From SAR324 cluster bacterium SAR324-CTD7B (GTDB lineage: Bacteria; SAR324; NAC60-12), in contig LSNO01000076.1 of the NCBI GenBank assembly GCA_002082305.1, positions 1,904 to 65,903 of the forward strand: DNA of 64,000 nt, in the 5' to 3' direction. The notes beneath the pieces were generated by a model. It searched no databases. It had not been told where the DNA came from and saw nothing but the letters and a program-made list of their open reading frames with translations. Positions 1 through 8,631 of the stretch are shown piece after piece. Position numbers and translations under genes: made by a program. How positions within the stretch are numbered: position 1 is the stretch's first letter; every line of letters begins with the position of its first letter.

Positions 1-816
1 GTGCGTAAACAGATAGAATCATTTTTTGGACGCCCACCGCACGTGGCGATTGATCCCTACAAAGTTGTGGCAATCGGTGCTGGAATTCAGGGACATTTAC
101 TGGCGGGCGGTCGTCGCGATTTTTTGCTGCTCGATGTCATTCCTCTGGCTTTGGGCATTGAAACTCTGGGTGGAACATTCAGTAAAATCATCACTGGAAA
201 CACCACTATTCCGATTGAAGAAAGCGAAACTTTTACTACAAATGTTGATAATCAGACTTCGATCGACGTTAATATATTTCAGGGAGAACGTGAATTAATT
301 AAAGATTGTCGTGCACTAGGTCAGTTTAAATTACGCGGTATTCCACCAATGAAAGCTGGATTACCGCTGGTAGAAGTCATGTTCCGTGTTGATGCAAACG
401 GAATTCTCACAGTTTCTGCGGTCGAAAAAAGAAGCGGCAAAAAAGCTGAAATTGAGGTTATTCCATTTCACGGTTTGACTCAGTTTGAAATCGAGCGGAT
501 TATGGAGGATTCTTTTGAACACGCGATTGATGATTTCAATGAACGCCAGTTGATTGAGTTTCGTCAAACTGCAGAGCGCGTCTTTCGTGGGATTGAACAA
601 AACTGGAAAGTTGCTGAAAATGCTTTGTCAGAGTCGGACCGTGATGAAATCCTAAAGCAAATGGATGTAGTACGACAAAGCATGAAGGGGCAGGATTCTC
701 AAGCTCTCAAGACGCAACTTGATACCTTGGGAGACTTGACTCGTCCCTTGGCAGACACGGCGATGGGGCGTTCCATCCTCTCAGAATTGCAGGATGATGC
801 AAACCTGAATCAATGA
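1..816 (+). CDS. hscA: Hsp70-family chaperone, HscA-like; C-terminal substrate-binding and lid part only (5' end cut by the window edge)
   Basis: Contains LLLDVIPLALGIETLGG and IPPMKAGLPLVEVMFRVDANGILTVSA. The PPM-AG form is typical of HscA rather than the DnaK PPAPRG. The frame is open to base 1, so the GTG at position 1 is not a real start. Confidence 0.75.
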   Translation: MRKQIESFFGRPPHVAIDPYKVVAIGAGIQGHLLAGGRRDFLLLDVIPLALGIETLGGTFSKIITGNTTIPIEESETFTTNVDNQTSIDVNIFQGERELIKDCRALGQFKLRGIPPMKAGLPLVEVMFRVDANGILTVSAVEKRSGKKAEIEVIPFHGLTQFEIERIMEDSFEHAIDDFNERQLIEFRQTAERVFRGIEQNWKVAENALSESDRDEILKQMDVVRQSMKGQDSQALKTQLDTLGDLTRPLADTAMGRSILSELQDDANLNQ

Positions 817-875
817 ATCACCAAAAAGCTTCCATGTATTTAGAACCCACCGGATCTACAAGTTGTTCAAAATAA

Positions 876-2396
876 TCAGAACAACCTTGCAAAACGTTCT
901 CTCAGATCGTTTTTTTGTACCTTCCCCATCGTGTTGCGCGGAAGTTCGTCGATAAAAACAATCCGCTTGGGATGCTTGAAACGGGCGATTTGGTCTTTCA
1001 GTTTCAACATGATATCTTCTTGAATTAGTTTTGCTCCGGATTGAGGGACAATAACAGCCACTACACCTTCACCAAAATCTGGATGCGGCACACCGATAAC
1101 CGCCGATTCCAATACTCCGTCCATCCCATCAAGCAAAACCTCGATTTCTTTTGGATATATGTTATAACCTCCTGAAATAATTAAATCTTTTGAGCGTCCA
1201 ACAATGGAAACATAACCGTCTTCGCTGATTGTACCAAGATCACCGGTGATAAAGAAACCGTTTTCGCGCAACTCTTCGGAGGTTTTTTCCGGCATTTCCC
1301 AATAGCCTTTGAACACATTCGGCCCACGAACTTCAAGCACTCCAATTTCTCCGGACGGCAAAATTTGTCCGTTTTCCGGGTTAGTAACAATCACCTCAAC
1401 TCCGGGAAGCGGAAAACCGACAGTACCGGCCCGCCGTTCACCGTCGTAGGGATTGGAAGTGTTCATGTTGGTTTCGGTCATGCCGTAGCGCTCCAGAATC
1501 GCGTGTCCAGTGCGCTCACGCCAGAGCACATGAGTTTGGGCCAGCAGCGGTGCCGAACCGGAAACGAAAAGCCTCATATTTTTTGAGGCTTGTTCCAGTT
1601 CCTGATTTTGCAAAAGACGGTGAAAAAAGGTCGGAACACCCATTAAAACACTGGCCTCTGTCATGCGCTGACAAATTCCGTCTGTGTCAAATTTGTGCAT
1701 AAAAATCATGGAAGAACCGGACAGTAGGGAAACATTGGTGGCAACAAATAAACCGTGAGTGTGAAATATCGGCAGAGCGTGAATCAGCACATCATTCGCG
1801 CCGAAACGCCAGGTGTCCACGAGTGCTTCCGCGTTTGAATGGAGGCACCGATGTGTCAGCATCGCTCCCTTGGAGCGGCCAGTAGTTCCGGAGGTGTACA
1901 GAATGGCAGCTAAATCATCCGGTCCCCTTTCGATTCCTCTGAATCCGGGAGATTCGGAATTTCGTGCCTCGACCAGAGACCCCGTATTTTCGTCAGTTAG
2001 TGTCCAGACTTGCGTAACTCCGCAGGTCTCGGCGACTGTGGTTAGCATCTCTATTTTTGAAGGATCACAAACAAAAAGGGCTGGGCGTGCGTCACGCAGA
2101 AAATATTCAATTTCTGCAGGAGTATAAGCTGGATTTAAGGGAAGAAAAATTGATCCGGCCAAAACTGTTCCCATATAAAGTTCGAGTGCGCTAACCGATT
2201 TTTCGACTTGCACCGCCACCCTGTCTCCGGGTTGAATTCCGGAGTTGATCAGTACAGAGGCGATGCGTTCAGCGTTTTGAAAAAAGTCTTGGAAACTGAT
2301 CGTGTTGTCTGTTTCATGCAAACGAATGAAGGTAGAATTATCCCTGCCAAGCGAGGCGGCGCGTAGATGTTGTGCGAGAAAATTGGTGTCGTACAT
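876..2396 (-). CDS. matB: Malonyl-CoA synthetase-like AMP-dependent acyl-CoA ligase
   Basis: 506 aa. AMP-binding motif YTSGTTGRSKGAMLTH and GDRVAVQVEKS near the N-terminus, as in rhizobial MatB. C-terminal GKVQKNDLR lysine motif. Confidence 0.8.
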   Translation of the reverse strand: MYDTNFLAQHLRAASLGRDNSTFIRLHETDNTISFQDFFQNAERIASVLINSGIQPGDRVAVQVEKSVSALELYMGTVLAGSIFLPLNPAYTPAEIEYFLRDARPALFVCDPSKIEMLTTVAETCGVTQVWTLTDENTGSLVEARNSESPGFRGIERGPDDLAAILYTSGTTGRSKGAMLTHRCLHSNAEALVDTWRFGANDVLIHALPIFHTHGLFVATNVSLLSGSSMIFMHKFDTDGICQRMTEASVLMGVPTFFHRLLQNQELEQASKNMRLFVSGSAPLLAQTHVLWRERTGHAILERYGMTETNMNTSNPYDGERRAGTVGFPLPGVEVIVTNPENGQILPSGEIGVLEVRGPNVFKGYWEMPEKTSEELRENGFFITGDLGTISEDGYVSIVGRSKDLIISGGYNIYPKEIEVLLDGMDGVLESAVIGVPHPDFGEGVVAVIVPQSGAKLIQEDIMLKLKDQIARFKHPKRIVFIDELPRNTMGKVQKNDLRERFARLF

Positions 2397-2893
2397 AAAC
2401 GGTTTTTTTATAGATGCGTCCCAAGCGGATCAAGCGGTATAAGCACTCCGCCCAAAGCGGTTCGACTTCTTTAATCTACCTAGATGGGGTGTAAGGTCGA
2501 TTGTTCATAAGGCTGAAAATGATAAAAAGGATATGGTTAGTTAAAATTCTGTATAAAACGAATATCAAAAACAGATAGAAGATAAATTAGTTTTGTAATA
2601 ATTACAATGATTATTTTATTGAAGTTGATAAATGATGGAACATCAAGTAGTTTTACTGATCTAAATAGGAAAATTAAACGAGGTTTTTTATGTTATAAGA
2701 ATGAATTGAAGGAAAGTGGATAGCAGTATTTTATCGGTTGTAGCTTTGAACGGAATTGTAGAAGGGATGCTGGTAGCCATTGTTCCTGAAATACAGTCTC
2801 GTTACGGGATAGCGCTGATTACTCAAAGTACTGTTTGATGCATTACGTCCTTCTTCCGGATGAATTGACAATTTACTTTGAAGTGGGTAAAAA

Positions 2894-3601
2894 ATGAAAC
2901 TTGGAATACTGGATACGGTTCCTCGAAGCTACTGGTCTACGGATCTGGGAATTACGGAATCCGAAAAATTTATAGACTTTCTGACTCCCGTGATGCCAGA
3001 TGCGACATTGGATCAACTTTTTGTGGCCGAAAATGAATGGCCGGAATCATTATACTCTTATGATGCTTACCTCATTACAGGCAGCCCTTGCAGTGTCAAT
3101 GAAGGACATTTGTGGATTGAAAAATTACAGCAGTTTGTCAGGGATTGTCTGGTTTCACAAAAAAAATTAGTCGGGATCTGTTTTGGCCATCAATTGATTG
3201 CGAGCGCTCTTGGAGGAACGGTTGAACGACGCAGAGACGGTTGGCTTTTAGGAGCGGAATCATTTGATATTGTGGACGTACAATCATGGATGAAGCCCAC
3301 CCAAATGAAATGTGAAATTTTCCATATCAACCAAGATCATGTTTCCGTTCTTCCGGAAAACGCCCAACTCATCGGGCATTCCGAACTTTGTGAAAATAGT
3401 GCTTTTGTGATTGGGGATTCGGTGTTGGCACTGCAAGGTCATCCGGAACAACCTCGCAGAGCAATGGAAAATTTCATCAAAGAACTTTTGCTTCTCGGAG
3501 CAAATCCACAAGAAATGGAATACGGACGCTCCCGTCTCCGGGATGAAGTTCCCGATGCAAATTTATGGGCACGCTGGATCTGTGAATTTTTGCAAAATTG
3601 A
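2894..3601 (+). CDS. Class I glutamine amidotransferase-like protein (stand-alone GATase1 domain)
   Basis: 235 aa. Nucleophile elbow GICFGHQLIA and downstream LQGHPE (Cys-His-Glu triad pattern). Confidence 0.7.
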   Translation: MKLGILDTVPRSYWSTDLGITESEKFIDFLTPVMPDATLDQLFVAENEWPESLYSYDAYLITGSPCSVNEGHLWIEKLQQFVRDCLVSQKKLVGICFGHQLIASALGGTVERRRDGWLLGAESFDIVDVQSWMKPTQMKCEIFHINQDHVSVLPENAQLIGHSELCENSAFVIGDSVLALQGHPEQPRRAMENFIKELLLLGANPQEMEYGRSRLRDEVPDANLWARWICEFLQN

Positions 3602-3637
3602 TTCAAAAACACAGCAGAATTTTTTAACGAGTAGGAT

Positions 3638-5215
3638 ATGCGAAAAAACATTTTATTCATCATGTGTGACCAATTACGGGCGGATTATCTCTCCTGCTAT
3701 GGACATCCGTTTCTTGAAACGCCCAACATCGACCGACTTGCCGAGCGGGGAGTACGTTTTTCGAGTGCCTATTGCCAGGCCCCGCTCTGCGGTCCTTCGC
3801 GAGCCAGTTTTTACACCGGACGTTACCTTGCTTCACACGGAGCTTTGGTCAACGCAGACCCGCTAAAACTAGGGGAACTTTCTTTGGGCGATTATCTTCA
3901 AAAAATCAATTATCGTACTGTTCTGGTTGGAAAGTCTGAAGCTAGAGCCAATCAGGATGCACTGGCTCGTTTGCTAATTGATCAACGCTCAAATCTTGGT
4001 CAACGGCTGGCGCAAGGAGGATTTGAACATTATGAACATTTTGCTGGAATATATCCTGACGAGATTGTTCCCGATGATTTAGCTTACAATGATTATTTGC
4101 GTTCCAACGGATATGACGGTGAAAATCTTTGGGAAAGTTGGGCCAACAGTGCTTATGATGTCAACGGCAAAAAAGTCAGTGGTTGGCAAATGCGAAACGC
4201 AAATCTGCCGGCAGCCGTCGCTGAAGAACATTCCGAAACTGCATTTACCACAGACCGCGCTCTGGAATTTTTGTCCGGAGTAGACCCAAATGATCAATGG
4301 TGTTTGCATCTTAGTTACATCAAACCGCACTGGCCGTATCTCGTTCCGGCTCCGTACCATTCGCTTTACTGTAAAGATCAGATTTTGCCTGTTGTTCGTA
4401 ATCCGGACGAACTTCAAGCTCCGCATCCGGTATTTAAAGCATTCCATGAACAAACTTACAGCCAAAATTTTTCACGCGATGAAGTCCGGGAACGTGTGGT
4501 TCCGACCTATATGGGACTGATCAAACAAATTGATGATCATTTGGGCCGTGTTTTTGAAATGCTGAAATCCAAAAAATTAATGGACTCAACTTTGATTGTT
4601 TTGACAGCAGATCATGGGGATTATTTGGGTGATCACTGGTTGGGGGAGAAAGACTTGTTTCACGAACCGTCTGTCAGAATTCCGTTAATTGTTTGTGATC
4701 CGGAAACTTATGCAGAATCGACAAGGGGCACAGTGAATCACGAATTTGTGGAGGCTGTTGACATTGTGCCGACCATGGTTGAATTTGCCGGTGGCAATAT
4801 ATGCAAACAGCGCATGGAAGGGCAATCACTGCTTCCCCTGACACGCGGAATTTTAGATCCGGATAATAAACGGGAATACACTATCAGCCAAATTGATTAC
4901 AGCGATCGAGGTCCCCGTGTTTCGTTGAATTTGCATCCTTACGATTGCCGCGCTCACATGATTCGCACCAAGGACTGGAAATACATTTTGCATGAAAAAT
5001 TTAGTCCGCAACTTTTTGATCTGAAAAATGATCCGGAAGAATTTTATGATTTAGGAGCCGATCCGGAATATCAAGCTGTGGGCAAGGAAATGCACGAACA
5101 GCTATTTACCTGGTTCAGGGAGCGCTTGATTCGTACAGAAATGGAACATGATTTTCTGTTTGAAATGGGGGTTGAGAGGGATGAAAAGATGGGAATTTTG
5201 ATCGGACACTGGTGA
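3638..5215 (+). CDS. Cys-type sulfatase (alkaline-phosphatase superfamily)
   Basis: 525 aa. N-terminal IMCDQLRADY and sulfatase signature LCGPSRASFYTGR (C-x-P-x-R formylglycine motif). Later TADHGDYLGDH metal-ligand block. Confidence 0.85.
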   Translation: MRKNILFIMCDQLRADYLSCYGHPFLETPNIDRLAERGVRFSSAYCQAPLCGPSRASFYTGRYLASHGALVNADPLKLGELSLGDYLQKINYRTVLVGKSEARANQDALARLLIDQRSNLGQRLAQGGFEHYEHFAGIYPDEIVPDDLAYNDYLRSNGYDGENLWESWANSAYDVNGKKVSGWQMRNANLPAAVAEEHSETAFTTDRALEFLSGVDPNDQWCLHLSYIKPHWPYLVPAPYHSLYCKDQILPVVRNPDELQAPHPVFKAFHEQTYSQNFSRDEVRERVVPTYMGLIKQIDDHLGRVFEMLKSKKLMDSTLIVLTADHGDYLGDHWLGEKDLFHEPSVRIPLIVCDPETYAESTRGTVNHEFVEAVDIVPTMVEFAGGNICKQRMEGQSLLPLTRGILDPDNKREYTISQIDYSDRGPRVSLNLHPYDCRAHMIRTKDWKYILHEKFSPQLFDLKNDPEEFYDLGADPEYQAVGKEMHEQLFTWFRERLIRTEMEHDFLFEMGVERDEKMGILIGHW

Positions 5216-5267
5216 GAGGGATGAAAAAATATGCTTACTTTACCAACCCAAAGTTATTCGTTCTAAA

Positions 5268-6047
5268 ATGAGATTAAAGGCCAAGTTTCATAAAAATCCA
5301 AAAGCATTCAAAGACAATTTTACAACGCAATCCAAAGCATATGCCGCTTATCGTCCTTTGTATCCTGAAACCCTTTTTCGCTACCTGGCTGGTGAATGCC
5401 GGGAACACAAACTGGCATGGGACGCTGGGACAGGAAATGGTCAGTCCGCACAAAAACTTGCTTTGTACTTTGATCAGGTTTATGCCACGGATGCAAGCTC
5501 CACCCAAATTCTAAATGCTTTTCCTCTGGAAAACATCAGTTATGCTGTTGCCAACGAACAGGCTCCTGCACTCAAGCGACGTAGTGTTAATTTAATTACT
5601 GTGGCGCAGGCTCTTCACTGGTTTGATACTGAAGTTTTTTACGCAGAAGCCGAGCGGGTCCTAAAAAGATATGGCGTGCTTGCCTGCTGGTCCTACAAAT
5701 TATTCAGGATAAATCCGGATGTTGACCGTGAAGTGGATTGTTTGTATAAAGATATTTTAGGCAATTACTGGGATCCGGAACGTCGTTTGGTTGATACCGG
5801 CTACCGAACATTGTCTTTTCCATTTCGTGAATTTCGTGCTCCAAAAATTGAATTAATGTCGACATGGGATTTTGAAAATATGCTCGGTTTTCTCAGCAGT
5901 TGGTCTGCGGTGGCAAATTATAAAAAACGCAAGGGAAGTGATCCGATTGCAGTTATATTGGATCGTTTAAAAGCAGTTTGGGGTGAACCTGTTGAAAAGA
6001 AAAATGTAAAGTGGCCGCTTTCAATTCGTGTTGGCCGCATCCGCTGA
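5268..6047 (+). CDS. Class I SAM-dependent methyltransferase
   Basis: 259 aa. Motif I AWDAGTGNGQSA followed by an acidic residue in VYATDAS. Methyltransferase type-11-like layout. Confidence 0.7.
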   Translation: MRLKAKFHKNPKAFKDNFTTQSKAYAAYRPLYPETLFRYLAGECREHKLAWDAGTGNGQSAQKLALYFDQVYATDASSTQILNAFPLENISYAVANEQAPALKRRSVNLITVAQALHWFDTEVFYAEAERVLKRYGVLACWSYKLFRINPDVDREVDCLYKDILGNYWDPERRLVDTGYRTLSFPFREFRAPKIELMSTWDFENMLGFLSSWSAVANYKKRKGSDPIAVILDRLKAVWGEPVEKKNVKWPLSIRVGRIR

Positions 6048-6163
6048 AAATCATGTTTGTTAATTCTGTGGCAAATAATGGAAAGGATTTGATTGTGAGA
6101 CCCGCACCAGCTAGACTTTAAACACGATAATGATTTGAAAAAACACAATATCTGAAAGGGAAA

Positions 6164-6508
6164 ATGAGCAAACAAATAAATTGGGGTTATTTCAGGAATG
6201 GTTGAACATCCTGTAAGCGAGCGCAAGAGGTTCTTGACGCAAAAAATATTTCAGTAGAAACACGTGTTTTTGCCAACAAAGAAAAGATAAACAGCCAGGA
6301 AGCCTGGAAACTGATGGAGTCTGCAAGTCTTATTTTAACCGGTAAAGGTAAAAAAAGGAAGGATTGGAATCCTGCTTCTGATGACAAAGCAAATATTTTG
6401 AAAGATGTAATTGGTCCGAGTGGAAACCTGCGTGCTCCAACCTGGAGAATTGGCAATGAATTTATTGTGGGCTTTAATCCTGAACTTTATGAAGAGGTCT
6501 TTGGCTAA
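6164..6508 (+). CDS. ArsC/Spx-family thioredoxin-fold protein with in-frame TGA (6203-6205) read as selenocysteine (U-T-S-C redox motif)
   Basis: ATG at 6164 preceded by GAAAGGG. The frame is open except for the single TGA at codon 14. Read-through gives MSKQINWGYFRNG-U-TSCKRAQEVL...GNLRAPTWRIGNEFIVGFNPELYEEVFG. UTSCKRA aligns with the CTSCRKA/CxxC motif of the Spx/ArsC family. The ORF track shows only the 64-aa tail starting at 6314. Confidence 0.7.
6221..6240 (+). promoter_or_regulatory. Candidate bacterial SECIS hairpin downstream of the UGA at 6203
   Basis: GCGCAAG (6221-6227) pairs with CTTG-a-CGC (6233-6240): 7 bp with one bulged A. The apical loop AGGUU starts 25 nt after the UGA. Confidence 0.4.
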
Positions 6509-7537
6509 ATGGTAAGAATTGGAATAATTGGAGCAGCCGGTTTATCCGGACGTGAACTCCTGTATTTGCTGCAAAGTCATGATGAGGCGTCTGTTGAACT
6601 ACTGACTTCCAGTAAGTATCAAGGGAAGAAAGTCAATGATGTTTTTCCGGAGTTGACCGGTTCCAATCAAGTTTTTCAGCCTAACGATATTGACGTTACG
6701 GGATGCGATCTTGTTTTTCTTGCAATCCCCAATCAGGCCAGCTTGGAACGGGTTCCAAACTTATTGGAGCAGGGTGTACGGGTGATTGATCTTTCCGGAG
6801 CATTTCGTTTACGGGACAAAGAGGTTTTTTCCAAATTTTATAAGCTATCACATTCTGCCCCGGAGTTGCTGGAAGAAGCCGTATTCGGACTACCGGAATA
6901 TTTTAAAAGCGAAATTACCACAGCAAGACTGGTTGCAAATCCAGGATGTTATGCTACAGGTGCCTTGCTGGGGCTTTTGCCGTTGGGAGAGTTACTTGGG
7001 AAATTAGATCGGCCGCCGATAATTGATGCAAAATCAGGGGTGAGTGGTGCAGGAGGCAGGGTTGAAGATGACGTGACGAACTTTGTAAGTGTCAATGAAA
7101 ATTTCAAAGCCTACAAAGTTTTTTCACATCAGCACCAGCCTGAAATTCAGCAGTATTTGCAAGACCTCAGCCCGTATAGCTCGGATGTCACGGGAGAAAT
7201 TATCCTGACACCGCATTTACTTCCGCTTAGCCGAGGAATTTTATCCACGATTTACCTCCATTTCCGCGAACCTGTTACTTCAAGTGATATTTTGGAACGT
7301 TTTTCAACATTTGCTGAGAGTCAGGAATTTGTTCACTTTTTGGAGGAAGGAGATTTGCCAGATTTAATGATGACTGTGCATTCTAACCGCTGCATGATTG
7401 GAGCAGAGACTGATCAGTCCGGACAGAATTGTGTGATTGTCAGCAGCATCGATAATTTGGTCAAGGGTGCTTCAGGGCAGGCAATTCAAAATATGAATCT
7501 GATGTTTGGTTTGGATGAAAAGCAGGGCCTGCTTTGA
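6509..7537 (+). CDS. argC: N-acetyl-gamma-glutamyl-phosphate reductase
   Basis: 342 aa. N-terminal Rossmann IGIIGAAGLSGREL and active-site block ANPGCYATGALLGLLPL. The ATG directly follows the upstream TAA (TAAATG). Confidence 0.9.
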   Translation: MVRIGIIGAAGLSGRELLYLLQSHDEASVELLTSSKYQGKKVNDVFPELTGSNQVFQPNDIDVTGCDLVFLAIPNQASLERVPNLLEQGVRVIDLSGAFRLRDKEVFSKFYKLSHSAPELLEEAVFGLPEYFKSEITTARLVANPGCYATGALLGLLPLGELLGKLDRPPIIDAKSGVSGAGGRVEDDVTNFVSVNENFKAYKVFSHQHQPEIQQYLQDLSPYSSDVTGEIILTPHLLPLSRGILSTIYLHFREPVTSSDILERFSTFAESQEFVHFLEEGDLPDLMMTVHSNRCMIGAETDQSGQNCVIVSSIDNLVKGASGQAIQNMNLMFGLDEKQGLL

Positions 7538-8434
7538 TCATTCTTCGTCGAGTTCATCTTCAGTAATTCGACGATCCTGCCCCATCAAATTTTCGAAATA
7601 ACACATTTCCTTTAAACGGGAGTAAATGCGCTCACCCACACGTCTGTGAATGGTGTCGGCGATAAATTGTTCTGTTTCAGTTTTATCTCGACTGCGGATT
7701 TGTTCTTTGAGTGTGTTTTCTTCGCTTTCAGTAAAATTGGTGGTGACCATTATAATTTGATTGCGGTTGTAGCGCTCAGAAATCAGCATGTCGAGAATGC
7801 CTAGTTCCCAGTCACTGTTTCGTCCTTTGCCCATATCGTCGATGATGAGGATATCAGTCTGCAAATGAGGCTCAATAATTTCCATATCTGATTTTCCGTC
7901 GGAATAACCCTGTCTTAATTCTGAAAGCAACTCTGCAAAACTTTGAAAAATGCAGGATATACCATGACCAATAGTACATTGATAGACAAAACCTGTCATT
8001 AGGTGTGTTTTTCCGGTACCGGGAGGGCCCATAAGAACCATGCCTTTCAGGTCTTCCGTGTCGTTTTGCAAATTATTTTTATTGCTCAATCGCTGCGGCA
8101 GAAGCCGGAAAATGCTTTCAAGTAAATCAAATACCATCTCGTTTCCTGAATCTCGATCTTGCGAATTCAGTCGGCTGTTCAGGTAGCGACGGGGGATGCG
8201 GGCACTGTTATAGAGCTGAACGCGTTTTTTGATTTGTTCGCAGTCCGGGCATGTTATAGCAACATCACGTTGGAAACTGTCCTGCTCTACGAGGAAACCT
8301 GTACCTTTGCAGGTTTTGCAGGGACTTGAAACGCAGTCACAAAGTCTGGCGTGAGCATATCGTTCGCGTGGACGAACGCTGATAAAAATTCTGGTGTCGC
8401 TGCAACGCAGGCAGTCAGGAACAGTTTTAGCCAT
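7538..8434 (-). CDS. DnaC/DnaI/IstB-like AAA+ ATPase with N-terminal Cys-rich zinc-finger domain
   Basis: 298 aa. Eight Cys in CxxC-type pairs (C8/C11, C32/C34, C39/C42 as CKTCKGTG which fits CxxCxGxG, C62/C65). Walker A GPPGTGKTH, Walker B ILIIDDMG, sensor VTTN. No transposase adjacent. Confidence 0.65.
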   Translation of the reverse strand: MAKTVPDCLRCSDTRIFISVRPRERYAHARLCDCVSSPCKTCKGTGFLVEQDSFQRDVAITCPDCEQIKKRVQLYNSARIPRRYLNSRLNSQDRDSGNEMVFDLLESIFRLLPQRLSNKNNLQNDTEDLKGMVLMGPPGTGKTHLMTGFVYQCTIGHGISCIFQSFAELLSELRQGYSDGKSDMEIIEPHLQTDILIIDDMGKGRNSDWELGILDMLISERYNRNQIIMVTTNFTESEENTLKEQIRSRDKTETEQFIADTIHRRVGERIYSRLKEMCYFENLMGQDRRITEDELDEE

Positions 8435-8631
8435 TGAATAATGTCTGAAATGGGTAGTAATAAAATAAAAAGATGTTTCTATGTTGGAGCAAGCTTCTCG
8501 AAGTGTCCAGAGAATTTCTGCTTTAAGGTTGCAGATTTCAGCTTTGTTGTACTAAAAATAATATAGCTTTGCAGAGCTAAAAAACGTATTGTATCCACAA
8601 AAACATAATTCATAAATCAGGAAACAGAATA

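Noticed and set aside
2459-2465. GGTTCGA T-loop-like heptamer suggesting a tRNA in the matB upstream gap
   Set aside because: The flanking bases cannot form a T-stem (AGCGG versus TCTTT), and no acceptor or anticodon arms can be drawn.
6314-6508. 64-aa ORF from the track taken as an independent small gene, together with the antisense 89-aa ORF at 6187-6456
   Set aside because: The 64-aa piece is the C-terminal two-thirds of an ArsC/Spx-family fold without its active site. The same frame continues upstream through one TGA to a proper ATG and RBS. The antisense ORF has no recognisable features.
7538-8434. IS21-type mobile element suggested by the IstB/DnaC-like ATPase
   Set aside because: There is no IstA transposase, no inverted repeats and no target duplication. 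The flanking genes are argC and hemE with no spare DNA. The Zn-finger N-domain is not an IstB feature.
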